A stretch of DNA of 64,000 bases. Source: Schmidtea polychroa. Taxonomy: Eukaryota. The translations under genes and the position numbers were made by a program. Shown here one piece after another: positions 52,301 through 64,000 of this stretch. Within the stretch, counting starts at the first letter, position 1. Each line of letters begins with the position of its first letter. The notes beneath the pieces were generated by a model. It made no database searches and was not told where the DNA came from. It worked only from the letters and a program-made list of their open reading frames with translations. Where the stretch lies: assembly GCA_044892525.1 (NCBI GenBank), contig CM097885.1, positions 122,822,001 to 122,886,000 of the forward strand, in the 5' to 3' direction.

Positions 52301-55300
52301 GCCATTAACCGTGTTAAAAATGGTCTGTCAAAAGAGATCCAAATTTAATCAATCATCCAAAGTTATACATGACTGAACCTTCAATAGGTACAAAAGAGCT
52401 TACTGCTGCATACAATTGATTGAAAGCAACTTCATTAATTCAGAAAGTCGAAAATGATTTTTTTTCAATTGCACAGAATCTCCGGCGATTGTTATCAACT
52501 CAATTATCAAACGCTATTGTGACTCAATCATGCATTCAAATTATAGATAGTTTGATGACTATCACATCATTATTTTTTCAACCTGGTATGTGATCTTTGG
52601 AAAGAACTCAAATGAAAAAAATTAGGAAAACGCAAAACATATAATTGGACTAACTGTGCGACTTAAATTTGTTTTCATTCCTAGTGAGGGAAACAATGGT
52701 CTAATCGTAAAAAACCCCAAAAGAGGTTGTCCAACAAGTGCAAAAAGGCACTACAATCAGCTTATGATACTTCAAAATAAGCCTTTAATATTGTACTAAA
52801 TAAAATTTTAATAAGATAATTTGTCTTTCATTTTTATTTATTATATAGTACATTTTATTTTATTTTAGAGCTCAAGTAATATTAAAGCACACTTAATAGC
52901 CACCTAATTATAATTATATTTTGATAATAATATCGAACTATTAATATAACAATAGACGAAATTTATTGAATTTATACAAATATAAATTTAGTTAAAAAAT
53001 TCAGTATCAAATCCATACACGAAAACAAATAAATATTTTAAAATAATGTCATGGAAACATTATTTTGTTACTAGAATTTATTGAATTTTAGGAAATAATT
53101 TTTATTTAACACATAAATACATCAAATACTTATAAAATTTCATCTGACTTCTGTGTAAAGGTAGTTTCAAATTTATTTCAAATGAAACAAAGTAATATAA
53201 GTATGAGGAAGTTGATAGATTCTTAAAGATTTAATTAGAAATTTTGTTAAATTAAAAAAAATATTTTTATCGAAAAATATTTTAAAAGGAAATTTGAAAT
53301 TCGTTTAAATAGCAAAAATAAGAAAGACAAGTTTTTGAGTGTAAAATTTATTGAATAAAATTTATGGAATTATTTAATGATTTGCAAACAGATATTAATG
53401 TTGTAACGGATGAGAATCCTAATAATAAGTTTGAAGTATATCCACGAAAGAGGATAAATCTTAAAGCATCCTTCCATTGAGAAGATTCGCCAAGTTGTAA
53501 ACCAGATAATTTTTTGATAATAAACTCTTGTGTAGTTGTTTTGAAAAAAATAAGTTTCAATTTGTTGAGTATTATTCACATAGAGAACACTAAGTTCCTA
53601 CCAAAACATTATAAAGCCCAAGAGTAACTATTTCGAAATATGTATAAACTTAATTTTTCAAAATGTTAAAGTCTTTTTGTTACAGGTTATAGTTGCAGTT
53701 GCTAATAGTTCTCAGTGTTGATTTCGATTCTGTTTATGCTTTTTAAATTTTCTAACTTTTTAAAACCATTTAAATTTATTTTAAAATTTAGAAATTAAAA
53801 TGTTAATAATATATTCAGATTTCAGATTTTATATATTTTAGAATGAAGATTTTAAAAATGCAATTTCCATTTTGATTTTTATTAATGAAAAGATACATGT
53901 GTTAGCATTGAACGAGTTACTTGGTATTTTGCCAAAAATAAACAAAACTTTTGAATTTATAAACTCAAAATTTATCATTGGACATTCAAACAGCCAGTAT
54001 CCAAAAAAGGTTTATATAAAATAAGATTAAATTTTAGGCTTTTATAATTTAGTTACAAATGCCTGTTACTAAACAATTAGAAATATTAAAACTTTTCAAA
54101 GAAAAAGAATTTAATATACTTATTGCTACAAATGTGATTGAAGAAGGTCTAGATGTATCTCATTGTAATATTGTGATTAAATTTGATCCACCACAGGATT
54201 TTCGATCCTATTTACAATCTAAAGTATATTTAATTTGTTAAATTTATTTTATAAATAATAAAACATTTTGAATTTTAAATCTTTGGCATTTAACGCTTTT
54301 TGGTTTTTATTATATAATTAATAATAGTTCTTGACAGTGACAGATTGTTCATCTACAAAAAATTCGGTAAAAAAACCGAATTTCTTATGAGCATAATAAC
54401 CTTTTCTATGTAAATCAAAATACACATTAATTTGTACAAGAAAATCACAATTGTTGCAATTTTACTGAAACGATAAAATCTTTGCTTGTTACCGAGGGCC
54501 GATGACTATTAGGTAATTATTTTCGGACCGCCTCAAACTGGCTCCTTTTTCTTAAAATTTTTACTCTGGTTAAAATGCCCTGTTTTTCGCTCATTTTGCA
54601 GGGCTTTCTCTTCGTTACCAACTACTTTGAAATGAAATTATTTGTTCACGGGAGCCGAAAAAAAACTCAACAAATCAAATTATTTAATTTCATTTTGACA
54701 AGTTGCCACCATGCCTGAAAAGCTCGGATTTTTTATTTTTTATTTAAATTGATTTGTTTTAATTAATTATTATTTCTTTGATATTATTATATTTTTATTC
54801 ATCAGTTATTATATGGCGAAGTTATGGTAGATTATATTTTCAAATAAATTTTTTGCGGTATTTTACGGTATTTATTTGATAATAAAATAATAGGTATTAT
54901 TTATAATTATTATTTTGATTCATAGTTATTAGAAGACTTTGGATACATAATATATGTTAATACTAAAATACTGATTATCCCTCCGCATTTTACGTATTGG
55001 TTTTACGTAGGTTGATTTGTCAGGTAATGATAAAAATAAAAGAAGAGCAAATTCTTACTATAACGAAATATTTCAGGGCATCTGGGTTAAACTATAAAAG
55101 GTAATAATTACACCTGTATAAATAATACAATATTGCACCTTTGACATTCAGACAAACATTACGTAATACCCAGTAATATAAATTCAACATGCAATAATAT
55201 TATTTCAAATAGGTATTATTTACAGTTATCCTACATTTCCCCTCGTTTTAAAATGTTTGATCCATTCAACATTTCTAATTTTCAATTTTCTATTCTGAAA

Positions 55301-58300
55301 TTCGATCATGAAACTTCTGTCATGCAACTTCTTTATTATTTTACTTGGACTCTCAAATCTATCTTCATTTTTCTTTGCCATATGTTTTTTTTTACCAAAA
55401 CAACATTCCCGATATTGAAAATTTGATTTGGTCTTAATTTGAAAAATAATTCATCCTTATTTCCTGTTATTCGGTAATCTTTCTGATTTACGCTTTTTCA
55501 TTAATAATTGTAGTTCGTATGGTTCGTCATTTGAATCTTTTCCCCAAAACAAAATTTTCCGGGACTTAATTGAGTAGATTTCTGAATTGTCGCAATCGAC
55601 ATAATGTAAACTTCAGGAAGTATCTCGACCCAGTCTTTACCCATTCTTTTTATTAATCAAATCTGGATCGCATTTCTAATAGTTCTAAATTGACGTTCAA
55701 TTTGCCCATTAGTACGGATTTCAATATACTAGATTAATCCCATTTTTCTCTGCAAATGTATTTAATAAAACTGACTCAAATGCTTTTTCTCTATCGTGAT
55801 GAATACTCTTTGGAGCACCAAATTTCAAAATTGTTGCAACTGTCTTCTTATTTTGCTCAGAAACTACGCACAAAGAAATATATCTACTAAATTGGTCTTT
55901 AATTGCCAAAATATTCTTCTTTCCACTCCTAGCTGGGTCACTTATGTCATTAATTTCTATAAATTTTGTTTCTTTCTCGATTAGTATCTCTTTATTGATA
56001 TTTACTATTTTTTCTTTTCGTGGGTTCAATAAGAGTTTAATATTAAATTGATCTAACATATTAATACCTCCTATTACACTTGGTGAAATTTCATTTGCAT
56101 TAAATAAATCAACCTTATTTTCGTGATTTAAAATTTTTATTTTTAATGAAACCGTTCTTAATATTTCCAAGGGGTCATTTGCACATTTTACCAATAAATA
56201 AGTGTTTTCAACTTTTACATTTTTGAGCGCGTCTAGCACATCTTTACTGGTAACACTTATTCTAGCTCCTGTATCCAAAAGCTGATTAAATTTCTTATTA
56301 TTAATCGAGATATTAATACTGGACCTACTCATCATTTTGTCGTATTTTATTACCCTATCATAACCATTATTTAAAGTGCTTACCTTATTATCAATACTTA
56401 TACCACAATCATCATACTAAATATTGCCAAAAAATTCGATTTCATGCAAACAATCACTTCCTCCTGTGTTAAAACGTTGGCATTTGGGTATTCGCTGTTG
56501 AACATCAGATTCTCGTCATCTCCTAGGTCTTTTGCATAACAATTTTGTTTCTAAATGATGGGAAATTGTAATGTCACTGGAATCTGATTATTCTGCGGAA
56601 TAAAATTAAGGTGAAAATGAATAAAAGTGATAAATCACGTAATATTGAAAACCAGCATGGATGATTTAATTACAAATATTATTCTAATTACAAAATCTAC
56701 AAATGTTGTTAATTCTAAAATATATTTAAACAAATAACCGATATCCTAGATCAGCGCAAAATTATTTAAGATAAATTAAAATTAGTTTTTAATTACTAGA
56801 TTTTATTACCAAATAAATATTTTAGACCGTTATAGTTGGTTAGTCTAGTTTTAAAACAGAAATCTAACTTCCTTTCATTTGAATGTATAAATAATGCATT
56901 AAAAGTTGTAAATTTATTAATAAGTTGACACTCCTAAATTTTTATTATTTTGTTTTATTAATCAATTTCCAAAGTCCTTAAACTTGTATCTTGTTTTGAT
57001 TATTTTAAAAGTTGATTTTAAGTCAGTAATGTTTATAATTCAAATATAATTAAAGAAATAATTATTTTATACAAACAATACGTTGATTACAGTTGCTATA
57101 TAATACCTTTTTATTGTTTAGGGCAGAGCCCGTGCACAGGATTCCCAATATATTATTTTTACTCACGAAACAGAGAAAACAGTAGCTCAAATACAAAAAT
57201 TTAACATGATAAATGAAGTTAGAAATAATTTCAAGTACAATTGTTTTCATCTATAGTTTGAAATACTTTTAGGAAATGAATAAAATTTTAAAATCCAGAG
57301 TTATTGAAGATGAATTAACGAAAGATGACGGTGAAAGAAATGTTATCCCATCTGAAGATGAAAAATTTGATTATGTTCCGTATGGTGAAGATGGACCTAG
57401 AATTACTCTTAATAGCGCATCTGGTGTTTTAAATAGATATATTGGAAAACTTAGATGTAATAGTATAAGTGAACCAAAAATCATATATACTTTTCGTGGA
57501 GATGAGTCGAATTTTTATCGCGCTTTTCTTCTTTTACCAATGCCTGCCCCTTATTTAGAAGAAATAGAAGGTACACCATGTTCCAATAAAAGAAGAGCCA
57601 AGCAATTCGTGAATTTAGAAGCATGCAAAATATTGCATAAATATGGTTATTTAATTTTTTATACTTATGTTATACTTAAGTTACAATTCTAGATGAACTT
57701 GACTCGAGTTTATTACCATATAATAGATCTGATAACAGTTTAGTTAGTCAAGAAAGTAATGACAATGAAATCAACCAATATGAGAAATATGTAAGATATG
57801 CTTTTTACTTTATCTTTGTTAGACGCAATTAAATTCAAGTCTTCTTCAAGCATTTATTTTTATAACAACTTCAAAATTGTGCCGTTTACTAGAGTATTTA
57901 AACACCGAGGCGTGATAATTATTAATATTAATGTAATTACCGGTCATACATTTAATTGATTTAATTTAATATAATTTAATATAATATGATATAATTTAAT
58001 ATAGAATTTAAATATAAAAATTTAACAGAAATAATTATTTCTACTAACTGATCTCACTTCTACCATAATAATTTTATATAGAGATTTATTAACACCTTAC
58101 AATCTTTTTAATGAAAAAATTATCATATTTTTATAATCCATTTAATGTTTGAAATACCATTTCTCATTATTGGTTTGCCTTGGAAATTTAATAATGTAAA
58201 ATTAATTTGATTATGTAAAATAAATTGAAACTGGAAATTTTAAAAAAGTAAAAAAGTAAAAATTTATATTTTTCAATGGGAAAAGTGATAACTGGCGGCC

Positions 58301-61300
58301 AACTTAAAGTTAAGGATGAATAAAATCATTTTGACAAAAAAACAAACAAATTAATTAATTAATTACTGTCATTTATTATTCTAGGAAAATCCCAGATTTC
58401 GTAAGTTTCTTCAACTTTTCTAATAGATTTAAAATCACTCAGAACCATTTGACATTTCACTATTGTCATTATTATATATTGCAGAATCGTGTAATTTGAT
58501 TCGAATTACTCCTGTTATACTTTATCTTGAAATCTGATTTTTTGATCTATCTAACCTTGCGGCATCTGATTCTTAGCCTCTCCGTCCTTATCCGTTGGAT
58601 TTCGGTAAGCTTCATTGTCGCACTCAGCTCGAGACGGAATTAACTCTTATAACTTCTGTGAAAACTTTCAGTCTCTATCGGATTTTATCCTGCTGATTTT
58701 TACCCATCAGACTGATCATCATACTGTTGGCAGCATTCGTTCCTAGCATACAATTTCATGGACTCAGCAAAAGAACAATGCAAAAACACTGCAAGCAAAT
58801 AATAATCATAGTACAACAATATTATTCATGACCCACTGGCCAAAGATAGAACGTTAGGATGACTTCTCTCGCTTCCTTGTCGTAGACGTCCATCTTATTA
58901 GACGGAAACCCAGTTGTCGCTGACCCATCTGGCCAAATCGCCGTGCATGACCGATGTGTCTCTTCGCTTGACGTTTCGTTTTACAGGTGGAGCAACTCAA
59001 CATCGGTACTCGCCAAGGTATCATCTCTGCTTCGATACGATGTGCTGAATACGGTGTTTATTGTGATCTTTTATTATTGTTTATGATCTGTTTATTATTG
59101 TTATTTTAAGAATATTTTAAAAACGTTATTTTCTCTTCATTTTAGAAATAATTAAATAATAAATAATAAATTGAAAGTATGTACAAGTTTTCTGTATAAC
59201 TTTATAACATTTGATGCGTTAAGAAATTTAACATGAAAAATATGATATTTACTTGAATAATGAGTTATTTATCTGTAAGTTGAAATACATTAGTGTAAAA
59301 ATAAATAAATTTGGTAGATGTTTTATTTATAGTACTGTAATTTTTCATTTATCCTGAATACTCAACGAAATGCTCCTAGAATTAGTTAAAGGATTGTAAT
59401 GGAACAATTAAATTGAGCTATTTATGGATGTAGTAGAATCTCAGTTTTTAGTCATTTTTTAAAATGAATATTTTTAGACTGCAATAAAGCTGAGTACAGA
59501 TTTCCAAAGATTATCTATTCCTCCAAATGAATTATATTTATATTCAATAAAATATACTCCTTGTGTGTTTTTAAAACTTGGAATCAGTGATATATCTATG
59601 TTTGATGTTTCTACATATCTTGGAATATTGTTACAGAAACCTATTCATAAAGTTATATTTTATATTAATTTTATATAACTCGCTATTATAGAATGAAGAT
59701 TTTATGAAATTTCCTATTTTTCTTGTCGGTGGCATGAGTTCTGTTGAAATTAAATTTGAGTACAACTTACCAATAGATTCTATAAATTATGCATTGCTTT
59801 TAAATTGTCATGAAACTTTGTTTAAAATATATTCAGAACGGATTAGAAAATTTGCTAAGAACATATTTTTTGATCCTTCCAATGCAAAAAGTTCAATTAT
59901 TGTTACTATATTAAAAGGTTTTTAACTTGAATTTCTAACTTAAATTTATATTTCTTAGATAATAAAATTTATTTTAATAAAATTAAAGAAATCCTAGAAA
60001 ATCCAATTGTAGTTAACTTGATTAAAAATGATCCAAGTTCTTGGATCGGTTCAGTGATTAGACCTAATTATATTAATAATGAATTTGGTGCATTTGTGAT
60101 ATCAAAAGTATGCTATAATATGAATGCTGGTTCAATTTTGAAAAATAAAATGACTCATGAAGAATTTTTAAATAAAAAATATAATATAATTTTAACCCCA
60201 AATGAAAAGTTATTACCACTTATCAAAGTTATCAGGTTAACTACTATTCAAAGTTGTGTTAACAAGGAAAAGAGATTTTTAAGAAATAATAGGAAACTTC
60301 AAAAAATCAATGAAAGTGAATGTTATTTCGTTCCTTCAATAGTTGAATGTATTTCACTGTCCTCAAGTTTATGGACACAGCTCTGTATATTTCCTACAAT
60401 TCATCATCGGATGAATCAAATACTCTCCATTGAAGAGTTTGCACATGATTTAGAATTTATGAATTTAATAGAAAAACCAGATTGCTTTGAAATTAACCTT
60501 GATGAATGTTACAATATAGAAAATATTGAATCATCTACATATGATGGAAATGTTTTAACATTTATCAATAACGTTTTCCCGTGTTTTAGGGCCAAAACTT
60601 GTAATGATCGAACAAATTTGGAACAATTTGAAATATTAGGAGATAGTTTCTTAAAATTTATCACTTCAAAATATCTTTTTCATTTTTCTGATGCTTCTGA
60701 TAATGAAGGCAAATTGACTCAGAAACGTTCTCAGTTAATATCTAATAAAAATTTGTTTCATTTAGCAATTAAAAGGGGGTTGGACAAATATTTTTGTTAC
60801 ACAAATTTTAATCCAAAGTATAATTACTTACCTCCTAACTTTATTGTTAAAAATTCTGATGAATCTGTTGAAGTTAGTAATAGTAGAGAGTTTGTCTTAA
60901 TTAAAAACAAAAATCTAGCTGATTGCTGTGAAGCTATTATTGGATCAATACTTACTAATTACGGAATCGATTTCTCAATTCAATATCTTCTTTGGTTAAA
61001 ATTACCATTATTACCTGATAATGAATCAAATATCAACATTGAAATCTCTCAAACATTGGCATTCCAAAATATTATAATGGACAGTGATATTCCACAGTCT
61101 ATCAAAGATTTAGAAACAATTCTTAATTATCAATTTAAAAACAGAGCCTATCTAATTCAAGCCATTACTCATCCATCATCAATTGCAAACAGGAAGTTTT
61201 CCTGTTATCAAAGGTGGTTAATTTAATTTATCCACTAATTTGTCCATAAATTATTTTGTAGGTTGGAGTTTCTTGGTGATTCAGTTATTGACTTTTTGAT

Positions 61301-64000
61301 AACTATATATATTATGCTGCAAAATCAAAAGTTGAATCCAGGTTAATTTTTATTTCATTTTATCTATAAATTTATGTTATTTATTTTTTATTTGATCATT
61401 TAAAAATTTATTTTTGGAAAAATTAAGAATTTTCAATTTTTGAAAGGATTTTCTATATTCAGTTAAGTTTGTTCGCAAAATTCAATTGTTTTTTTTACAC
61501 CTAATTCCAAAATATAAAAGTTTCTATAATCTAAAAAAATCGATGAAGTTATAGTATTACCTGTGTGTAAAATTTTAATCTTTCAAAAATTAAAGTTTAT
61601 AGAAATGAGAAAGTAGCAGAAAAAGAATTTTGCATAAAAACTGCACACAATAAAGAATACATGTAGATGCCTTTGTGTAAAGGTAACATTTCAAATATTG
61701 AACCAGGTTCTTTAAGATCTTTAGATTTTTAGAAAAAAATCGAAAATCGTAAAAAAATAATATTTTCATAGAATTACAGAATATGACAAAATTCGACTAA
61801 TGGCGAAAAACCAGAAAATTGCGAAAATTATGAAGAATTTGGAAGGTTACTTGGAATCACCACAAAATCGATTTAACAATAATTTACAGATACAAAAAAG
61901 AAAAAGAAGTGGCAGAAAACAAATGATTTCAGAAGAACAAGAAAATAATTTATCGTAGAATCCAATTTTTATGCATGTTTGGAAGAAATGAGAATTTTCC
62001 TTCAGCAAAATTGCATGGCCTCCAAAACTACTATTTTTCGATTTCTGAAAAATCAATTAATATCAGTTAAAAAGTAAGGATATGTCGCAGCACGAAATTC
62101 GGATCGTGTACTTGAAATTCGAATAGACTGTCTCGAAGAAGTGTGGCGAGACAGAAATGTCATTTACATTGACGAGTGTGGTTTCAATACATGGACCACT
62201 CAAACCTTCGGTAGGAAGGAAAAAGGAGAAAGATTACATTTCATAGTATAAAGTAACCGAGGACCAAACATGTCATTTATTTTAGCGGTTATTGTGAAAG
62301 TTCCAATTCACCACAAATTATATGTAGGACTTCAAACTTCATTTTCCATTAATGGCGAGTCACCTACAACTGGTGTACACATCAACGTGTATTATAGAAA
62401 CTTTTATATTTTGAAATTAGGTGTAACATAAGTACATTAATAAATGTAATTGTAAATAATATTAAGATTAGTTTTAATTAATTACGGTAAAGTTTAATTA
62501 AGTTAGGTTTGGAGTTATAGCTCATTGAAGCTTAATAATACTTGTCGGTTAGTTCGTCTGGATTATTTTTTACATTATTATTATTTATGGATTTTTGGGT
62601 AGTTTTAGCATATGTTCACGATAAAAGAAGTCTGCAATTTTTGCAACATCGTGTCATTGTGTATAATGCTGGGCTCTGTTCGAACAATCATGTGATGATT
62701 TTATCATTTACCGATTGCCAGGATAGTTGAAAATGTCATCAGGGAATCTGTCAACAAGACACATGGCGGCAGGATTCAAGTCTTACGAGTTGGTTGATAG
62801 TATTCATTTACTTTTTGTACAAAAAGTTAACAAGTATATATTTTTGTTTTTCTAAGATTAGAATAGCAATGGAAACGGTAATAGATATTGGAATAAGTAT
62901 TTTCTGGAGGTATTTGACAATACATTCATTATTTGTGGACCCAATACATTTGTTGAAATAGATGAAAGTATGTTCACATGCCGGAAGAATGATGTTGATT
63001 GAGTTTTATCACAGCAATAGGTATTTGGGAATTTTTCGTAAGACAGGTCGTTTTATGTTTAAGATTCCTGACAGAACTGCTACTACACAAATACATCCTA
63101 AACTTTGTCACCCTGAAAACAGGAGTCAATACACAATGAATCGAGAAATCAACAAAGACTGCCAAGGAACGCAACAAGCGTAACAGTTGAACGAACCGAC
63201 ACCCTTGATTCGTACATGTCCGAATTTATGTAGCGGAGTCGCATAAAGGTCGTCAGTTGAACGCGTTAAGCATACCATCATGCAAGATATTTTCCTGTAT
63301 CTTTGTAACTTTTGTAACCAATAAAATGATCATTCTTTACATTTCAAACTTAATGATTAAGAAAAAATGAATAAAACAATCGGGTAGATTATTTTTTATA
63401 TGTAAAAACTCATTTTCCCTTTGTAAATATGTTTAATCGGGTGAATTAACCGACAAGCACCAAATTAAAGAAAACTAAATTAAATCGAATTATATAATAG
63501 TAATTTTAAATTAAGTAATTTGACAACAAAGTATCAGTTGAAAGCAAACTATGAATAGCAATAATCATCTTGAAAAAACATTCAGTGTTGAGAACCAGGT
63601 GGACTTAAATGATATCACAGAACGCTATTTTGTGTGCATATTTTGAATATCTAAAATATTTAGGAAACGTCCAATATTGCAACTATAAAATTTATATTAC
63701 GAATAAATAGATATATTAAGAGTTTTTTAGTATTATTCTTATTATTTATCATAAATGATATCTTCAATAAATAATAAGAATTAAAATGTGACAAAAATAA
63801 AGCTTATATAAAACCGATCCAATTTAATATCACTTTTAAAAAAATTATACTTATTCTATAAATAAATAAACTTTTTATTTTCCAAGGAAAAATTACAAAT
63901 CTTCGATCAGCTCTAGTTAACAACAATACATTTGCTTATTTATCAGCCAAATTCGGATTTCATAAATATTTGAATTATTTTGATTCAAAAATGTTTCATA
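43400..64000 (+). CDS. DICER: Dicer (helicase-DUF283-PAZ-RNase IIIa-RNase IIIb), multi-exon, continues past the window end
   Basis: Exons: 43400-43420 (MKTRDYQ), 43459-43603 (LNTGSGKTFIA), 43651-43764, 43805-44002 (FDEVHH), 44050-44273 (ILGLTAS), 45714-45858, 49430-49642, 53842-54009, 54053-54223 (IATNVIEEGLDV..FDPP..YLQSK), 57122-57217 (GRARA), 57273-57645 (DUF283), 57693-57790, 59478-59651, 59692-59917, 59959-61213 (PAZ, EILGDSFLK, ADCCEAIIG, LETILNYQF), 61262-61341 (RLEFLGDSVIDF), 63887 onward (ITNLRSALVNN). Reading frames join across the GT-AG junctions I checked. Confidence 0.95.
44575..45075 (+). mobile_element. Penelope-like element, 3' fragment (RT thumb + GIY-YIG endonuclease)
   Basis: QNGYPNKFV, VYQITC, YIGET, TRLTEH and E.LFIKKHKPSIN across frameshifts. 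Confidence 0.85.
46751..48558 (-). mobile_element. hAT (ZMYM1/DUF4371-like) transposon remnant
   Basis: Minus-strand MDKRKKLSGAVYRK..QKGSLRKFL and NFLKIIEFLAKFDPVMKEHL. 5' TIR CAGCACCGGGTT at 48558. 3' TIR (..AACCGGCACTG) at 46805 lies in the opposite orientation. Confidence 0.8.
47879..48098. mobile_element. piggyBac-type MITE nested in the hAT remnant
   Basis: TTAA TSDs and CCCTT..AAC.ACT TIRs. Removing it restores the hAT frame NQKGSLRKFLS. Confidence 0.85.
48700..49010. repeat. Probable Penelope pseudo-LTR repeat, partly inverted
   Basis: Blocks AATACAATGTCAATTGAAAAGAA..AAGTTCTTATAATA and GCCTTTTGCTGCGAATAATG (rc) also occur at 1985-2160, 6845, 37810 and 45190. Confidence 0.5.
51250..51823 (-). 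mobile_element. Penelope-like element, 3' fragment (GIY-YIG)
   Basis: LVKNGY, MVLPYSEG, VYRFTCNGCNATYIGETSRHL and EALLIRTFNPKIN. Confidence 0.88.
51824..52500. repeat. Long inverted repeat (arms 51824-51979 and 52344-52500)
   Basis: Arms are reverse complements with about 3 substitutions and a 1-nt indel over ~156 bp. Confidence 0.95.
51980..52780 (+). mobile_element. MULE-like transposase remnant
   Basis: YFTNEWI...GWYKGY...PTTNNGLESINATIKKEATIRQR in shifted frames, with a C-terminal KRG.PT. Confidence 0.7.
55018..56560 (-). mobile_element. Internally deleted Ty3/Gypsy retrotransposon
   Basis: Protease LLDTGARISV fused to integrase (DQFSRY, FGAPKSIHHD, NGQIERQFRTI). RT/RNase H missing. 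Polypurine tract AAAACGAGGGGAAA is followed by the TG-starting 3' LTR (55235 to ~55018). Confidence 0.85.
61498..62423 (+). mobile_element. IS630/Tc1-family element with a decayed transposase
   Basis: ~35-bp TIRs CACCTAATTCCAAAATATAAAAGTTTCTATAAT with TA flanks. SKTTIFRFLK, RNSDRVLEIR, VIYIDECGFNTWT and RGPNMS. Confidence 0.85.
62860..63270 (+). mobile_element. Merlin/IS1016 (ISXO2-like) transposase remnant
   Basis: TVIDW, VEIDES.F..RK, VFG, PDRTA and LDSYMSEFM motifs. Confidence 0.8.

Overview
AT-rich eukaryotic (probably animal) genomic DNA. Minimal introns are about 38-50 nt and the large introns are full of transposon debris. The genes are a multi-exon DCAF6-like WD40 gene (967-23145, +), an orphan single-exon ORF (23391-24038, +), an intronless divergent PACRG (24114-24908, -) and a multi-exon Dicer (43400 to beyond the window end, +). 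Transposon remnants include hAT, DD39D mariner, Tigger/pogo, IS630/Tc1, MULE, Merlin, Chapaev-like, Zator-like, a piggyBac MITE, Penelope-like elements, Gypsy and several solo LTRs. The most unusual item is a 4,036-bp TG...CA unit with a 4-bp TSD (27795-31830) that looks like a giant solo LTR carrying an intact 254-aa ORF I do not recognise. Two degenerate homologs of that ORF and five copies of a related non-coding motif are elsewhere in the window. Also notable are a ~156-bp near-perfect inverted repeat and a 52-nt palindrome inside Dicer introns, a minimal Penelope-type hammerhead ribozyme, and an 18S rRNA fragment. All calls are from manual reading and recalled family motifs. No database searches were run.
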